Assembly: GCF_009914755.1 (NCBI RefSeq) | Contig: NC_060928.1 | Direction: 5' to 3' (one strand) | Source of the DNA: the human T2T-CHM13v2.0 reference genome, Homo sapiens | DNA: 64,000 nucleotides | Part shown: piece after piece, positions 40,776 through 52,965 of the stretch | Layout of the letters: each line of letters opens with the position of its first letter | How positions within the stretch are numbered: position 1 is the stretch's first letter | The notes under the pieces: model-generated | Told to the model about the DNA's origin: nothing | The model's input: only the letters and a program-made list of their open reading frames with translations | Databases searched by the model: none | Made by a program: the position numbers and the translations under genes

Positions 40776-41833
40776 TTATCTTTCAGGAATATTTAATCTC
40801 TGGGTACCACAAATCCTGTTCAACCTCGGACTTTGGGGAGGTAGGTGATGGCGGTGGTTCTGGTATTGATGCTGCTGCTCACCAGCTGCAGTATCTTAGA
40901 CACAGAATATTCTCTCTGAGCCTTATTGATCTCATCTGTAAAATGGGGTTATCTACCTTAGCCAACTTAATAGTGACTCAAAGGATCAAAGTCCATTCTA
41001 GTGAATGAGGAACTCCAAGAAGTATAACACACTGTTTTATTTCAGGGTTTTAGAGACAGTCAATATCCATGCAAAGAAATGTTTAGTTTAAAATGCAAAA
41101 TATTATCTTCCAATGGAGTTACTAATATATATGCAAAGACCCAGTCATCTGTGCCTTTGCGTGGGCCAGAGTCTAGCTCTGGAATACAACAGTTACTGAC
41201 AAAAAGGTCTCTAATGCTTATTTACCTAAAAGCAACAAGATCCCATTCCCCTCCTCCATCACAAATGGTCAACTTCCCCACATCAAAGACTATTTCACCA
41301 ACCTCTCTGTGTCCCAGAGGGAGTACACCCAGAAAAAATTAGAAATGGAACTGTCTGCTCCATTAGCAATGCACAAATTTTTTATGGCCCAGGACCACTC
41401 CGGAAAGAATTGCTTATGACGCGATTCTCAAGTCATCAAAGCCCTTCCCACATGTGTAGTGAGGTCAATGCTGATGTCTCAGCCTTGCTCAGGAGAGTGC
41501 AAATCAGTTGCTCTTCTCCATTGTGGTGCTTTAAGGATGCGGGAACACTTTGAAAGGAATGCCTTCCTCCCAGCATAAACCTCCTTCGTTTACAAGGTGT
41601 TTTAGATGGCCCAGATCCCCAATGGATTTCTTTCTCCTGACTATGGAATACCTGTCCTTGAAGGTAAAGTTCAGGTGCCTAACTGATAAATACTTATTTT
41701 TCCTTGGCTTCTGCCTTTTCTTTCAGAATGGCCTCCAGGCCTCCCCTGTTAGAACCCCAAGGATGTCTCTGCTGAGACAAGGGGATGAGGAGAGCACAAA
41801 GAAATAAGTGGTAGATAAGAAAGAAATAAAGCA

Positions 41834-42276
41834 AATCGGATGGTTGCCGGGTCTGTGTGGATAGAAGTAGACATGGGAGACTTTTCATTTTGTTCTGTAC
41901 TAAGAAAAATTCTTCTGCCTTGGGATCCTGTTGATCTGTGACCTTATCCCCAACCCTGTGCTCTCTGAAACATGTGCTGTGTCCACTCAGGGTTAAATGG
42001 ATTAAGGGCGGTGCAAGATGTGCTTTGTTAAACAGATGCTTGAAGGCAGCATGCTCCTTAAGAGTCATCACCACTCCCTAATCTTAAGTACCCAGGGACA
42101 CAAACACTGCGGAAGGCCGCAGGGTCCTCTGCCTAGGAAAACCAGAGACCTTTGTTCACTTGTTTATCTGCTGACCTTCCCTCCACTATTGTCCTATGAC
42201 CCTGCCAAATCCCCCTCTGCGAGAAACACCCAAGAATGATCAATAAAAATAAAAAATAAAAAATAAAAAAAAAAAA
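41834..42276 (+). mobile_element. 5'-truncated SVA (SINE-R part and poly-A only)
   Basis: HERV-K-derived SINE-R sequence 'agacatgggagacttttcattttgttctgtactaagaaaaattc...gagaaacacccaagaatgatcaataaa', A-tail, and 17-bp TSD AAGAAAGAAATAAAGCA (41817-41833, 42277-42293). Confidence 0.95.
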
Positions 42277-42309
42277 AAGAAAGAAATAAAGCATAAAATC
42301 CAAGATGCA

Positions 42310-42515
42310 CTGAGTTCCTATAATGCAGCAGATACTTCATACATATCATCTTATTTAATCCTTTCTAGCAGACTTAGGGGAAGGGCTTATAATATTCATT
42401 TTGCAGAAGAGAAATCTGAGTGTCAAAGAAACTTTCCCAAAGTCAACAACTAATGAGAGAGAAAGTCAACATTAGACTCCATACTTCCAGAATCCAAAGC
42501 TCTTGAACTATTTCC
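42310..42515 (-). mobile_element. MIR relic
   Basis: 'ttatttaatc...cattttgcagaagagaaatctgag...cccaaagtca'. Confidence 0.6.
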
Positions 42516-42602
42516 CCCAAATTGCCATCTCCTTTAAAAAAAGGAATAAAAAATATATATATATATATATTTTTTTTTTCTTGCCCTCAAGATTACAAAC
42601 TG

Positions 42603-42939
42603 GGCCGGGCATGGTGGCTCACGCCTGTAATCCCAGCACTTTGGGAGGCTGAGGCAGGCGGATCACCTGAGATCAGGAATTTGAAACCAGCCTGGCCAAC
42701 ATGGGGAAACCCCATCTCTACTAAAAATACAGAAATTAGCCGGGCATGGTGACGCTAGCCTGTAATCTGGTAATACTAGCTACTTGGGAGGCTGAGGCAG
42801 GAGAATCACTTGAACCCAGGAGGTGGAGGTTGTGGTGAGCCAAGATCACACTGCTGCACTCCAGCCTGTGTGACAAAGCAAGACTCTAACACTCTGTCTC
42901 AAAAAAAGAAAGAAAAAGAAAAGAAAAAAAAAGAAAGAA
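42603..42939 (+). mobile_element. AluSx-like
   Basis: Full Alu with A/G-rich tail; TSD AAGATTACAAACTG / AAAATTGCAAACTG (42589-42602, 42940-42953). Confidence 0.97.
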
Positions 42940-42959
42940 AAAATTGCAAACTGGCTTAC

Positions 42960-43330
42960 ACCAAGTGGAATGCAATCAGATTCCATGGCCACTTCTGCAT
43001 TTGTTTTTAATTCCATGTAATCACCATGGCTGCAGCTTTTAATCTCCTGAATGGCCATAGCATACATTGCTGGTTCCATGCCAATCCCCAGAGCCCAGGC
43101 ACCACTGAATGCAGGTAAGTGACTCACATGCTTTGAAAAGTTCCTTGACTCACCCTGTCAGTGACTATAGTCAGGGTTCCTTATCAACAAGTCCCGCCCC
43201 TTCTTGATAGGGGAGGACCTCTCAGCAGCACGAGTTGCCACTTCATCCTTCACACAAAGCTGTGGTTGTGTGGCTCCACAGCCCCCTTGTCAGTAATGAA
43301 ATGGCCATGTGTGCAGTACTGTGAAGGGCC
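42960..43330. promoter_or_regulatory. Candidate enhancer (AP-1/TEAD/RUNX/GATA/GC-box cluster)
   Basis: TGACTCA at 43120 and 43146, GGAATG 42967, CTTATC 43180, CCCGCCCC 43193, TGTGGTT 43261; motif evidence only. Confidence 0.35.
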
Positions 43331-43554
43331 ACAGATAGTTGCCAGGCATGCCAGCTGCAATGGAGTGTTTTGAGACATTGGAGTTTATGAGTAATGATCT
43401 AGGAGAGCATAGTTATTTTTTCTGAAGTGGGCCACAGTGAGTTCATTCTGGTTTAAGGGGCAGTGTCAGCCTGTGAGTAGTGTGCCGTTGGGGAATGCTA
43501 AGTGAATATTTTATGGTTACCGATACAAAATGGATGTTTTCCCTCTGCTTTTAT

Positions 43555-43860
43555 TCACCCATCCATTCGTGTAATAAATATTTATCAAGCAACAATTATA
43601 ATCCATGTACTACACTAGGAACATGGAAAACAAAGATGAATAAAGTATAAACTGTGCTCTCTGTAACTTAAGAGTTCAGATAGGAAGGTGTGCTTGTAAA
43701 CAGAGGCATTTGGTAAAGTGTTCTGTCTATTACAGCCCCAGCATATGCAGGGCTTAAAGGAGAATGTGCTCAATAGGATCTGGGAAGGAGACAGAGAAGA
43801 GTATTCAGAAATACTTCATAGGGGAGAGCTTCCTTGCAAGAAAGCATTTTCAGCAGGAAA
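43555..43860 (-). mobile_element. L2 relic
   Basis: 'ttcacccatccattc...aaatatttatcaagc...acaaagatgaataa'. Confidence 0.6.
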
Positions 43861-43864
43861 ATAA

Positions 43865-44070
43865 GAGCTGTTGAATTAGATCAGTATGAAATTAAATCCT
43901 AGTTCTATTGACATTGAGCTATGTAATCATGACCTTGATTTTACCTTTCTGAGTCTCATCTGTACAGTGAGGATGACCCTACCCATGCCTACCGCAGAGA
44001 CTTGTGAACATTGAATGAGATTCATGTTGGGCAATTCAAAGAGAGTTTTTAATAGTTGTGCATAATTCAG
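43865..44070 (+). mobile_element. MIR relic
   Basis: 'aaatcctagttct...ctcatctgtacagtgaggatga...tgtgaacattgaatgagat'. Confidence 0.65.
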
Positions 44071-44571
44071 TACTTTTCCAGGGACACAGTCCCTCTGGGT
44101 AAGAGGGATGATTTTCCCAGTCATGCTGTCTGAACTTTGGCATGTGAATATTTCCTTTTACCAATCTAAGATGTGCCAAGAGCAGGGCACCGTGACCTTA
44201 AAGATTAGGAATGTGAGCTGACAAATCAAAGAATTCAGTGACACCCAGGTACACGTGGTGGATAGTGATCACCACTGTTCCCTTGAGGAATGACGATTTA
44301 CTTTACAACAAAAAGGAATGTGTTAGCCATTACTTCATGCTGTCCTTCTGAACTGTGAGAGTGTCAGGTATTCATATGTGGAAACCTGAACAAGAGATAA
44401 ACAAATGTGACTTAATTTGCAATCTTTGTCTTTTTAGACTAGTCAATTATATATTGACCGTAATGCCTTTTCAGACTTATAAATTATATATTTTCTGTTA
44501 CATTTGGAAAGTTAAGTCCATGTAATAGACTTATCAACTACTCAATGAAATAAAGCAGTGATTATTATTCC

Positions 44572-45353
<782 letters not shown>

Positions 45354-45664
45354 TTAATTGTTATTATCATCATGATTATTACTGCCCCTAGTGATCCAAT
45401 AAACATTTATTGAAGCACAAGCAAGTGTGAGGTATCCTCTAGAAGAAAAATTAGTAATAAAGGCCCTCAACCAGCTCTCACCTGGGAATAATAAGGCATG
45501 TACCTCAAATTTTAAAAAAAACTTATTCTAAGTCATTGAAAAAGGAAATTTGATGTAGACTTGAGTATTGCAAAGGGCTTCGTGTAGCCACTTAGAAAAA
45601 CTTGAGTCTCGAGGTACCTGTGTAATTTGGTTACCAGGACTCTTTCTCCATCCCAGAAGTTAGA

Positions 45665-45810
45665 GCAGGGGTTCTCAAAGTTTCACACACATCAGAATCA
45701 CCAGGAAGACTCGCTAAAACAGATTGGTAGACATCACCCACAGAGTTAGTGAAGAGGGACAAGAATTAAAATCTTCATCAAGTTCTGAGGGTAATACTTT
45801 AAAAACCAAA
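45665..45810. mobile_element. MER5A-like MITE
   Basis: 'caggggttctcaaagtt...catcagaatcaccaggaag...actttaaaaacca'. Confidence 0.65.
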
Positions 45811-46483
45811 GAATTAAAAAAAAAAAAAAAACCTTCAGAACTAGAGACATGGAAGAAAGAATAAACCAGTGGGATTCAACGGAAAAGGAGATAGCTACAT
45901 TCAAAACATAATCTGTGTGAGGGAAACATCAGGAACAAGATTGGAAACATAAATTTAGACCAGGCATTCAGATGTGGATTGTGCTTGAATGCCCTCCTGA
46001 GGTGCATGGAGTTAATGCTACAGACAGGAGAAAATGATAGTTGCCATTGGGCAGTTTATTCCAATTAACGTGTAATGGAGACTATTGAGTCTAGTATTGT
46101 ACTGAGTGCTGAGAATAATACAGTTACATTTGATTTTTTCGATAAGCAAATCCTTTAATTATTCTCAAGAGAAAGGAAGACCAATCCAAATGTGAAGTGG
46201 GGCTTCTACGGTGACTTACCAAAGCAAATGAACAACTAAAATTAATGATATTTGAGAAAAAAATCAAGAAGATGTCTAAAGAGAAACCACTGTCCTTGCT
46301 ACTAGCTTGCTGTGTGAGCTTGAGCACACAATGGATCCCCTCTGGTTTTCAAATGCATTGGTTCTTAACAAGTAATTTCTAAAGATCTTCCTGTCTCTAA
46401 AGGTATATGAGTCTATGATTAGACTGACATCTGAAGAAGAGAGATGACTCAATGGTAATTCAACATTATAGGACTAGAAAACT

Positions 46484-46740
46484 GGAAAAATAATGAATCC
46501 ATAAGAAAGATAAAAATAATGTTAACATTTTTCATCTCAACTGGAAAATACTATGACCTTGCCTCAAAGCGGAACAACAACCACAACAAAAACTAGTTCA
46601 TCAGAATGTCTTTGTTTAAAAAGTTGCACTCAATTTTGGAGGTTAAGAATAGATAATGTATTGGGAGGCAGCAGATATGCATATAGATGAAGCCTAATTC
46701 AATGCAAACCTGTTAGTTTATTTATGTTATTAATATGATA
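46484..46740 (+). repeat. Local duplication, copy 1 (probable source)
   Basis: About 92% identical to 49111-49368 by manual alignment (~21 differences). Confidence 0.95.
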
Positions 46741-47832
46741 CCCTAGAGGATATAAACCAATTAAAAACCCATTTCAATTATTAATTGGGTCCCCTAATTG
46801 AAGGGACATAATAAATTAATTAAAATGTCCTCAGCTCTATTCACTAAGGAGAACACCTAAGTCAGAGAATGGATTGGACAAACAGGTATTAAACTCTTAA
46901 ACTGGGCCCTATTCAACAGATAGAAAAAGTAGCTAATTTACAGGAGGAGGTGTTTGAATGAGAAGCCCAGGAGAAGAGAGCTGAAGAGATGGATTTTCCA
47001 CTTCATTCTGTGGATGTAGTGTCCCAGACGTGCCATCTAAATATGTCAGGATTCAGTTTACTTAATTGTAATGTAAAAACATTGAATTAAATAATTTAAA
47101 ATGTTCCTATCTTGTGGTGGCCATTATGAGTCGCAAATGAGTTCTTGAGCCAAAAATGTCAATCCTAAAACTTCCAGCGATAATGAATCATTAATTAAGT
47201 TTTTACTGTGCAGACTCCAAGCCTCATCTTGTGCTCAGAACTAAAGGGTAGGAAGGTGAAAAACAGTTCTTGATCTCAGGCAGCTCACTATCTCAGAGTG
47301 TCAGAAGTAGGTACTGAACACGTGAAGAGAAAATAGGGACTTGGAGTGAAACTACATTGGCCTCAAGTCACAGGTCTGAAAAGAGATGGGCCTTAATTTT
47401 CTGTTTGCTGGAGAAAAAAAAATGGCAAAAATAACGTTTCAGAGGGTCACTGTGTTTATCAGATAAGATAGATGTAAAGATTATAACACAACACCGGGTA
47501 GACAGTATTCAGTACAAAGGCTGTTTTACTTTCCCATGTCCTTTCCTATAAATGGAGATGTGCTGTCCTCCGGGGAGGTTCTTAGAGAATATCATGTTAC
47601 TTAAGAAAAGTGATTTTTCCTGTTATTTTGTACTGAACTATTAGCCAGGGTTTGGGGAAAGCACAAAAAACAACAAATGGTTTCAATGGCCAAATTTCAA
47701 TAGATTAAAAGAAGCTTATTTGAATGGAATTTTTTTTTCATTTTGTAACTGGGAAATATGCCATACATATCGAAGAGGGTATATAAATATGTATGTACAT
47801 GTTAAAGAACATTAATAAAAGTGAATAAAGTA

Positions 47833-48193
<361 letters not shown>

Positions 48194-49110
48194 CTAAATG
48201 TACCTCTGTAAACTATTTCAACATCTTCAGAGGTAACTGAATTTTTTGTGCCAATAATTTCACAACTTTGATTTAAATTTTTATTATATGTATGTATGCC
48301 TAAAATATGTACTATTTGGTAATAGCTGGTTTTGAACATTAAGTATATAGAATAATATTTTATACTCTATATATCCAGTGATGATTTGCTTCTTTCACAC
48401 ATTCGATTTTTGAGATTCATCCATATTGTTGCATGTAATTAGTTTATTCATCTTTACTCTTATATAATATTCCATTAAATGAATAATCACAAATTTATAT
48501 ATCCCACTATTAATGAACATTTTTTGCTATTGAACACAGTTCTTCTACAGATGTTGTTTCATATCTTTGTTGACTAGCATATGAGTTTCTCAAAGATACA
48601 GGACTTTAAGAGTGGAATCACTGGCTACCAGATATGCTGAGCCTTATTAAACATGCCAAATTATTTTCCAAAGTGGCTGTTTAAATGGGGAACCCCACCA
48701 GTGATTATTCCACTCGTGTGAAAATGCTTGGTATTTTCAGATGTTACAGTGGTTTCCAATCTGGTAAGTAAACAATTAGCTCTTCTCTGATTACTAATAA
48801 AATTGAGAATATTTTCATATGATGTGGGGTTGATTTGTGGTTTTCCTATTCTGAAATGTTTGTTCACATATTTTGCCCATTTTTATATTGGATTGTCTTT
48901 TTTTATTGGTTCATAAAAGTTTTTATTAAGTACAATTTCTGCACTAATTCTTTGCTGGTTTTATTTATTACAAATATCATTTCCTAGGGCTTGTCTTCTT
49001 TTCAATCTCTACATAATGTCTGTTGAGAAACAGATCTTAAAACTATGGTAGCTTTTCTTTTATAGTTTCAGCTTTTTTATCTTAAGAAATTTTTGTAAAG
49101 ACCAAAAAAG

Positions 49111-49368
49111 GGAAGAATCATGAATCCATGAGAGAGATAAAAATAATGTTAACATTTTTCATCTCAATTGGAAAATACTACAACCTTGCCTCAAAGTGGA
49201 ACAACAACCACAACAAAAAACTAGTGCATCAGAATGTCTTTGTTTAAAAAGTTGCATTCAATTCTGCAGGTTAAGAATAGATAATGTATCGGGAGGCAGC
49301 AGATACGCATACAGACGAAGCCTAATTCAATAAAAACCTGTTAGTTTATTTACATTATTAATATGATA
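49111..49368 (+). repeat. Local duplication, copy 2 (inserted in L1ME)
   Basis: Direct copy of 46484-46740. Confidence 0.95.
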
Positions 49369-50215
49369 ACTTATATTTACTATATGGCCTCCAATGTTTT
49401 TACTTAATCTTGCCAGACTTCTGTTCATTTTATTCGCCTTTTTCAATGAACTAACTTTTATAGTTCTAAATCCTTTGTAATGATGTATTTTTTTCTTTTT
49501 CATCATGTCTACTCTAACCTTTATTATTTGTTTCATTATTCATTCCTTAAGTTTTTTCATTTTTTCTAAATTAAGATAGATGCCTAATTTATTAGCTTTC
49601 AAGATATCTTCTTTTCTACCATAAGAACTTAAAACTATATATTTCTCTCTAATTATTCTGAAATTTAACTGCCTCCCACAAAATTTCTTGCATGATATTT
49701 TTATTGTTATTTTGTTCTAAGTATTTTTGAATTTTCATTATGATTTCTCTTTTGGCCCCGAATTTTTCAGTAGTATATTTTTAGGTATATTTTAAAATTT
49801 CTAAAATAGAGAAGTTTAGATTATGTCTCTGTTTTTTTATTTCTATCTTAATTGAATTTTATCAAAGATTATATTTCAAATGATTCTAATTTTAAAAAAT
49901 TTATTGGGCTTTGCATTTCAGCCAAACTACATTCATTTTTGATAAATACTGCGTTAGTTTTTAAGATACAGAAATTATAGAAATTATACATTTAAAATTG
50001 TTGTATCTTTTTAATTTAGTGAAAATATTATAGTTCTGCATTGACTCTCCTCAGGTCTAGGAAAGCGTCTTGATGTATTAGTCTTCTCTTAATATAGCTC
50101 TATAGTCTTCTGTTATTACATTTGGGTTTATAATTTTTCCATCATTTACTTACAATTATGCTGCATCTTTCTCTTTTTGCTGTGTTTATTTTAAGCAGCA
50201 CATAGTAGAAGTCAC

Positions 50216-50525
50216 TTTTTTTTTTTTTTTTTTTAAAGACATGAGGTGTCACTTGGTCACCAAGGCTGGAGTGCAGTGGCACAATCATAGCTCACTGCAG
50301 CCTTGAACTCCTGGGCTCCAGGTATCCTTCTGCCTTAGCCTCCCGAGTAGCTGGGACTACAGGGGTGCACCACAGTGCATGGCTGAGTTTTAAAACAAAT
50401 TTTGTAGAGATGGGAGTATTTCACCATCTTGCCCAGGCTGGTCTCCAACTCCTGGGCCCAAGCAATCCTTCCACCTTAGCCTCTCAAAGTACCAAAATTA
50501 CAGGAGTGAGTCACCACACCCAGCC
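50216..50525 (-). mobile_element. AluJ, antisense
   Basis: J diagnostics 'atcatagctcactgcagccttgaactcctgggctc'; TSD AGAAGTC (50207, 50526). Confidence 0.95.
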
Positions 50526-52079
50526 AGAAGTCCATTCCTAACCCAGTAAAAGAGTGTTGATTTTTATGTATTGATTAGCCTGCTAACCTTGATTAAGATA
50601 AACTATACATATTGTTTTATTTCTAAGAGATTATTTGTATTTTAATTTGTCCTGATTTATTTTTCTGCTTATTTTCTATCTCATTTTTTTCTGTTATTGA
50701 CTGATTTTTGGTGGAATATTTCACTCTAAATTTTATTTTTCCCTTTAAAGTAATATGTGTGTACTCTTTCATGTTTAGCCCTTGAAATTTTTAACAATAT
50801 AGATGATTTAAAATAACTCAGAATGTATCAACTCTAATCACTTCTTTCCGACATATGTTTTTGGCTAGTGTTTTCATATCACTTAGACTTATTCTTAAGC
50901 CACTGTCATTGGTCAGCATTTTTATTCTTTTCAACAACCAGGATTTGTTTTAATTTACACACATAATTGCCTTTTATTTCCATGATCCCCTTAAATGTCT
51001 GAATTTCCTTCTAAAAGTATTTTCATTTCTCCTAATGTACATCCTTTATTCTTAAGGGTAATCCATTCTCTAAGATTGTGTTTGTGTTTCTGAAATTTTT
51101 TTTTTGCCACCATTAAAAAAAAATCATACAGAGACTGAAACTAGGGTGGCTCTCATTACTTTGTTATCTAGAAGTTTAAGGTCACAATTTCACTGTGCTC
51201 TGACTTTTACCTTGAGAGTTCCAATGATCGTCTAATTTCATATTCTTTGTGGATGATTTGTTTATCTTTTCTGGATGTTTCAGAGATCTTAGGCTTGTCT
51301 TTAGTGTGTTGCAGTTTGAAAATAACAATAAAGTGTCTATATATGAATCTTTTTCTTTTTTAAGTCTTGGTTGAGATGTGTTTTTTCCCTGAAATGGAAG
51401 ATCACTGGTTTTCATCACTTCAGGAACATTTTCAGCCATTATCTCTTTTCATTTGGGCCTTTGTCTCATTTCCTCCATATGCTGCTTCTGCAATTCTAAA
51501 TTTTTTAAAATTTCTTTACTTTTCTATGCTGTGTTATTTATTCAGGCACATTTTCAAGTTATCTAATTGTTTATTAGGATTTGGCCAATCATATATAGTA
51601 AATTAATTTGCCCTGTGTGTTACAGATATTATTCCCCAGTCCTGTTTTCTTTTTTCTTCATTCATAGTAATTTTCATATAGGTGAATTTATTATTAATTT
51701 ATTTCATGGTGTCAGTGGGTTTTTTTCTTTTAAAAGTGAATTACACAATTCAGGCTTATATAATAAATATTCTGCTATGTTTAAATGTTTATTTCATTTT
51801 ATCCTTGTATATTCCAACTACATAGATTTCAATTTGGATTAAAGAAAGAATACTATAGAAAACTAGTTTTGTGTTTGTTTCTAAATGGCAAAAGCATTTT
51901 GAAAGTATAAATGTCTTTACTGGATTAGTGGACTGCAAGCTCCTTCAGGGAGGCCACTCCACCTCCTCATCATTAAACACACGGAACTAACTTCAGTGAC
52001 TAACAATTAGAAGTTGCTCTACATATACTTTGAAGTTATTTTATAAACAAATTAGCAACCTTCAAAAATGTGCAAATTA

Positions 52080-52335
52080 ATACATTATATTTAAATTTCT
52101 GACTTCAGAAATTTTATGTAAAAATGTAATACAGCCTAAACTATGTATAAATTATACATAAATACATATCTTTTATGTTAACGTATAGCAAATGTTTACA
52201 TATTTATGTAACATTAAGAATTCTTTTATATTATTATTCTCTTTATAGTCTTACTAAATAGTATATTAAATTATAATTTTTATAAATGCATCCATTTTAT
52301 TAAGTTCATTTACCATATTTAATTTAACTTATTAT
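52080..52335. repeat. AT-rich low-complexity tract
   Basis: Very AT-rich, many TATA/TTAT runs. Confidence 0.6.
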
Positions 52336-52824
52336 TTGATGTTGGCAATTTAGATAGTTTCTGATTATTTTCATTATAGTAGGTTATACTTCAGAAACGT
52401 ATTTGTGTAGCTAGCAATGTGTATGTGCTGTGGCATGACTGATTGCACAGTAGGAACTTTGTACAAGGTGTATGTTCAAACCTAACTTCACTTCTACTTA
52501 CTGGCAAATTACTTGACCACTCTGGGCTTCACTGGGCCAAGCTCACAGGGTTTTCACTGGGATTAAGTCGAAAAGAGTATGTGGACTTCACCCAGTGTAA
52601 ACTCAACAAATGCCAATTGACTATACCCTCCCTAAGACTTTCTCTTTATAATAAAGATATATCAGTAGAATTATTTAGTCAAAGACTATGGGCAGCTAAT
52701 GGCTATTGCTAAGTATGTAACTGATAGCCACTGCCTGAATGAATGACTCATGACTATTTAGTCTAGAGCAGTAGAGTAAACATGAGCATCACTTACATCA
52801 CATAAACAGCACAACCTACAAAGA

Positions 52825-52965
52825 ATGTCCCCCCAGTTTATAGATAAGGAAGTGAAGCACAGAGAGGTAAGTGGTTTTCTAAAACCACACAGCTGAAAAA
52901 TGGCAGTCAAATGACAGACTTGTATCCAGGCTTTCTAACTCCAGTGATTGTGTACTATGATGCCT
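52825..52965 (-). mobile_element. MIR relic
   Basis: 'tttatagataaggaagtgaagcacagagaggtaagtg...ccacacagct'. Confidence 0.7.

Noticed and set aside
41664-41726. Apparent 63-nt GT-AG intron
   Set aside because: At or below the practical minimum human intron size; no coding support
41694-42239. ORFs 'MVMTLKEHAAFKHLFNK...' and 'MCFVKQMLEG...'
   Set aside because: Translations of SVA SINE-R sequence
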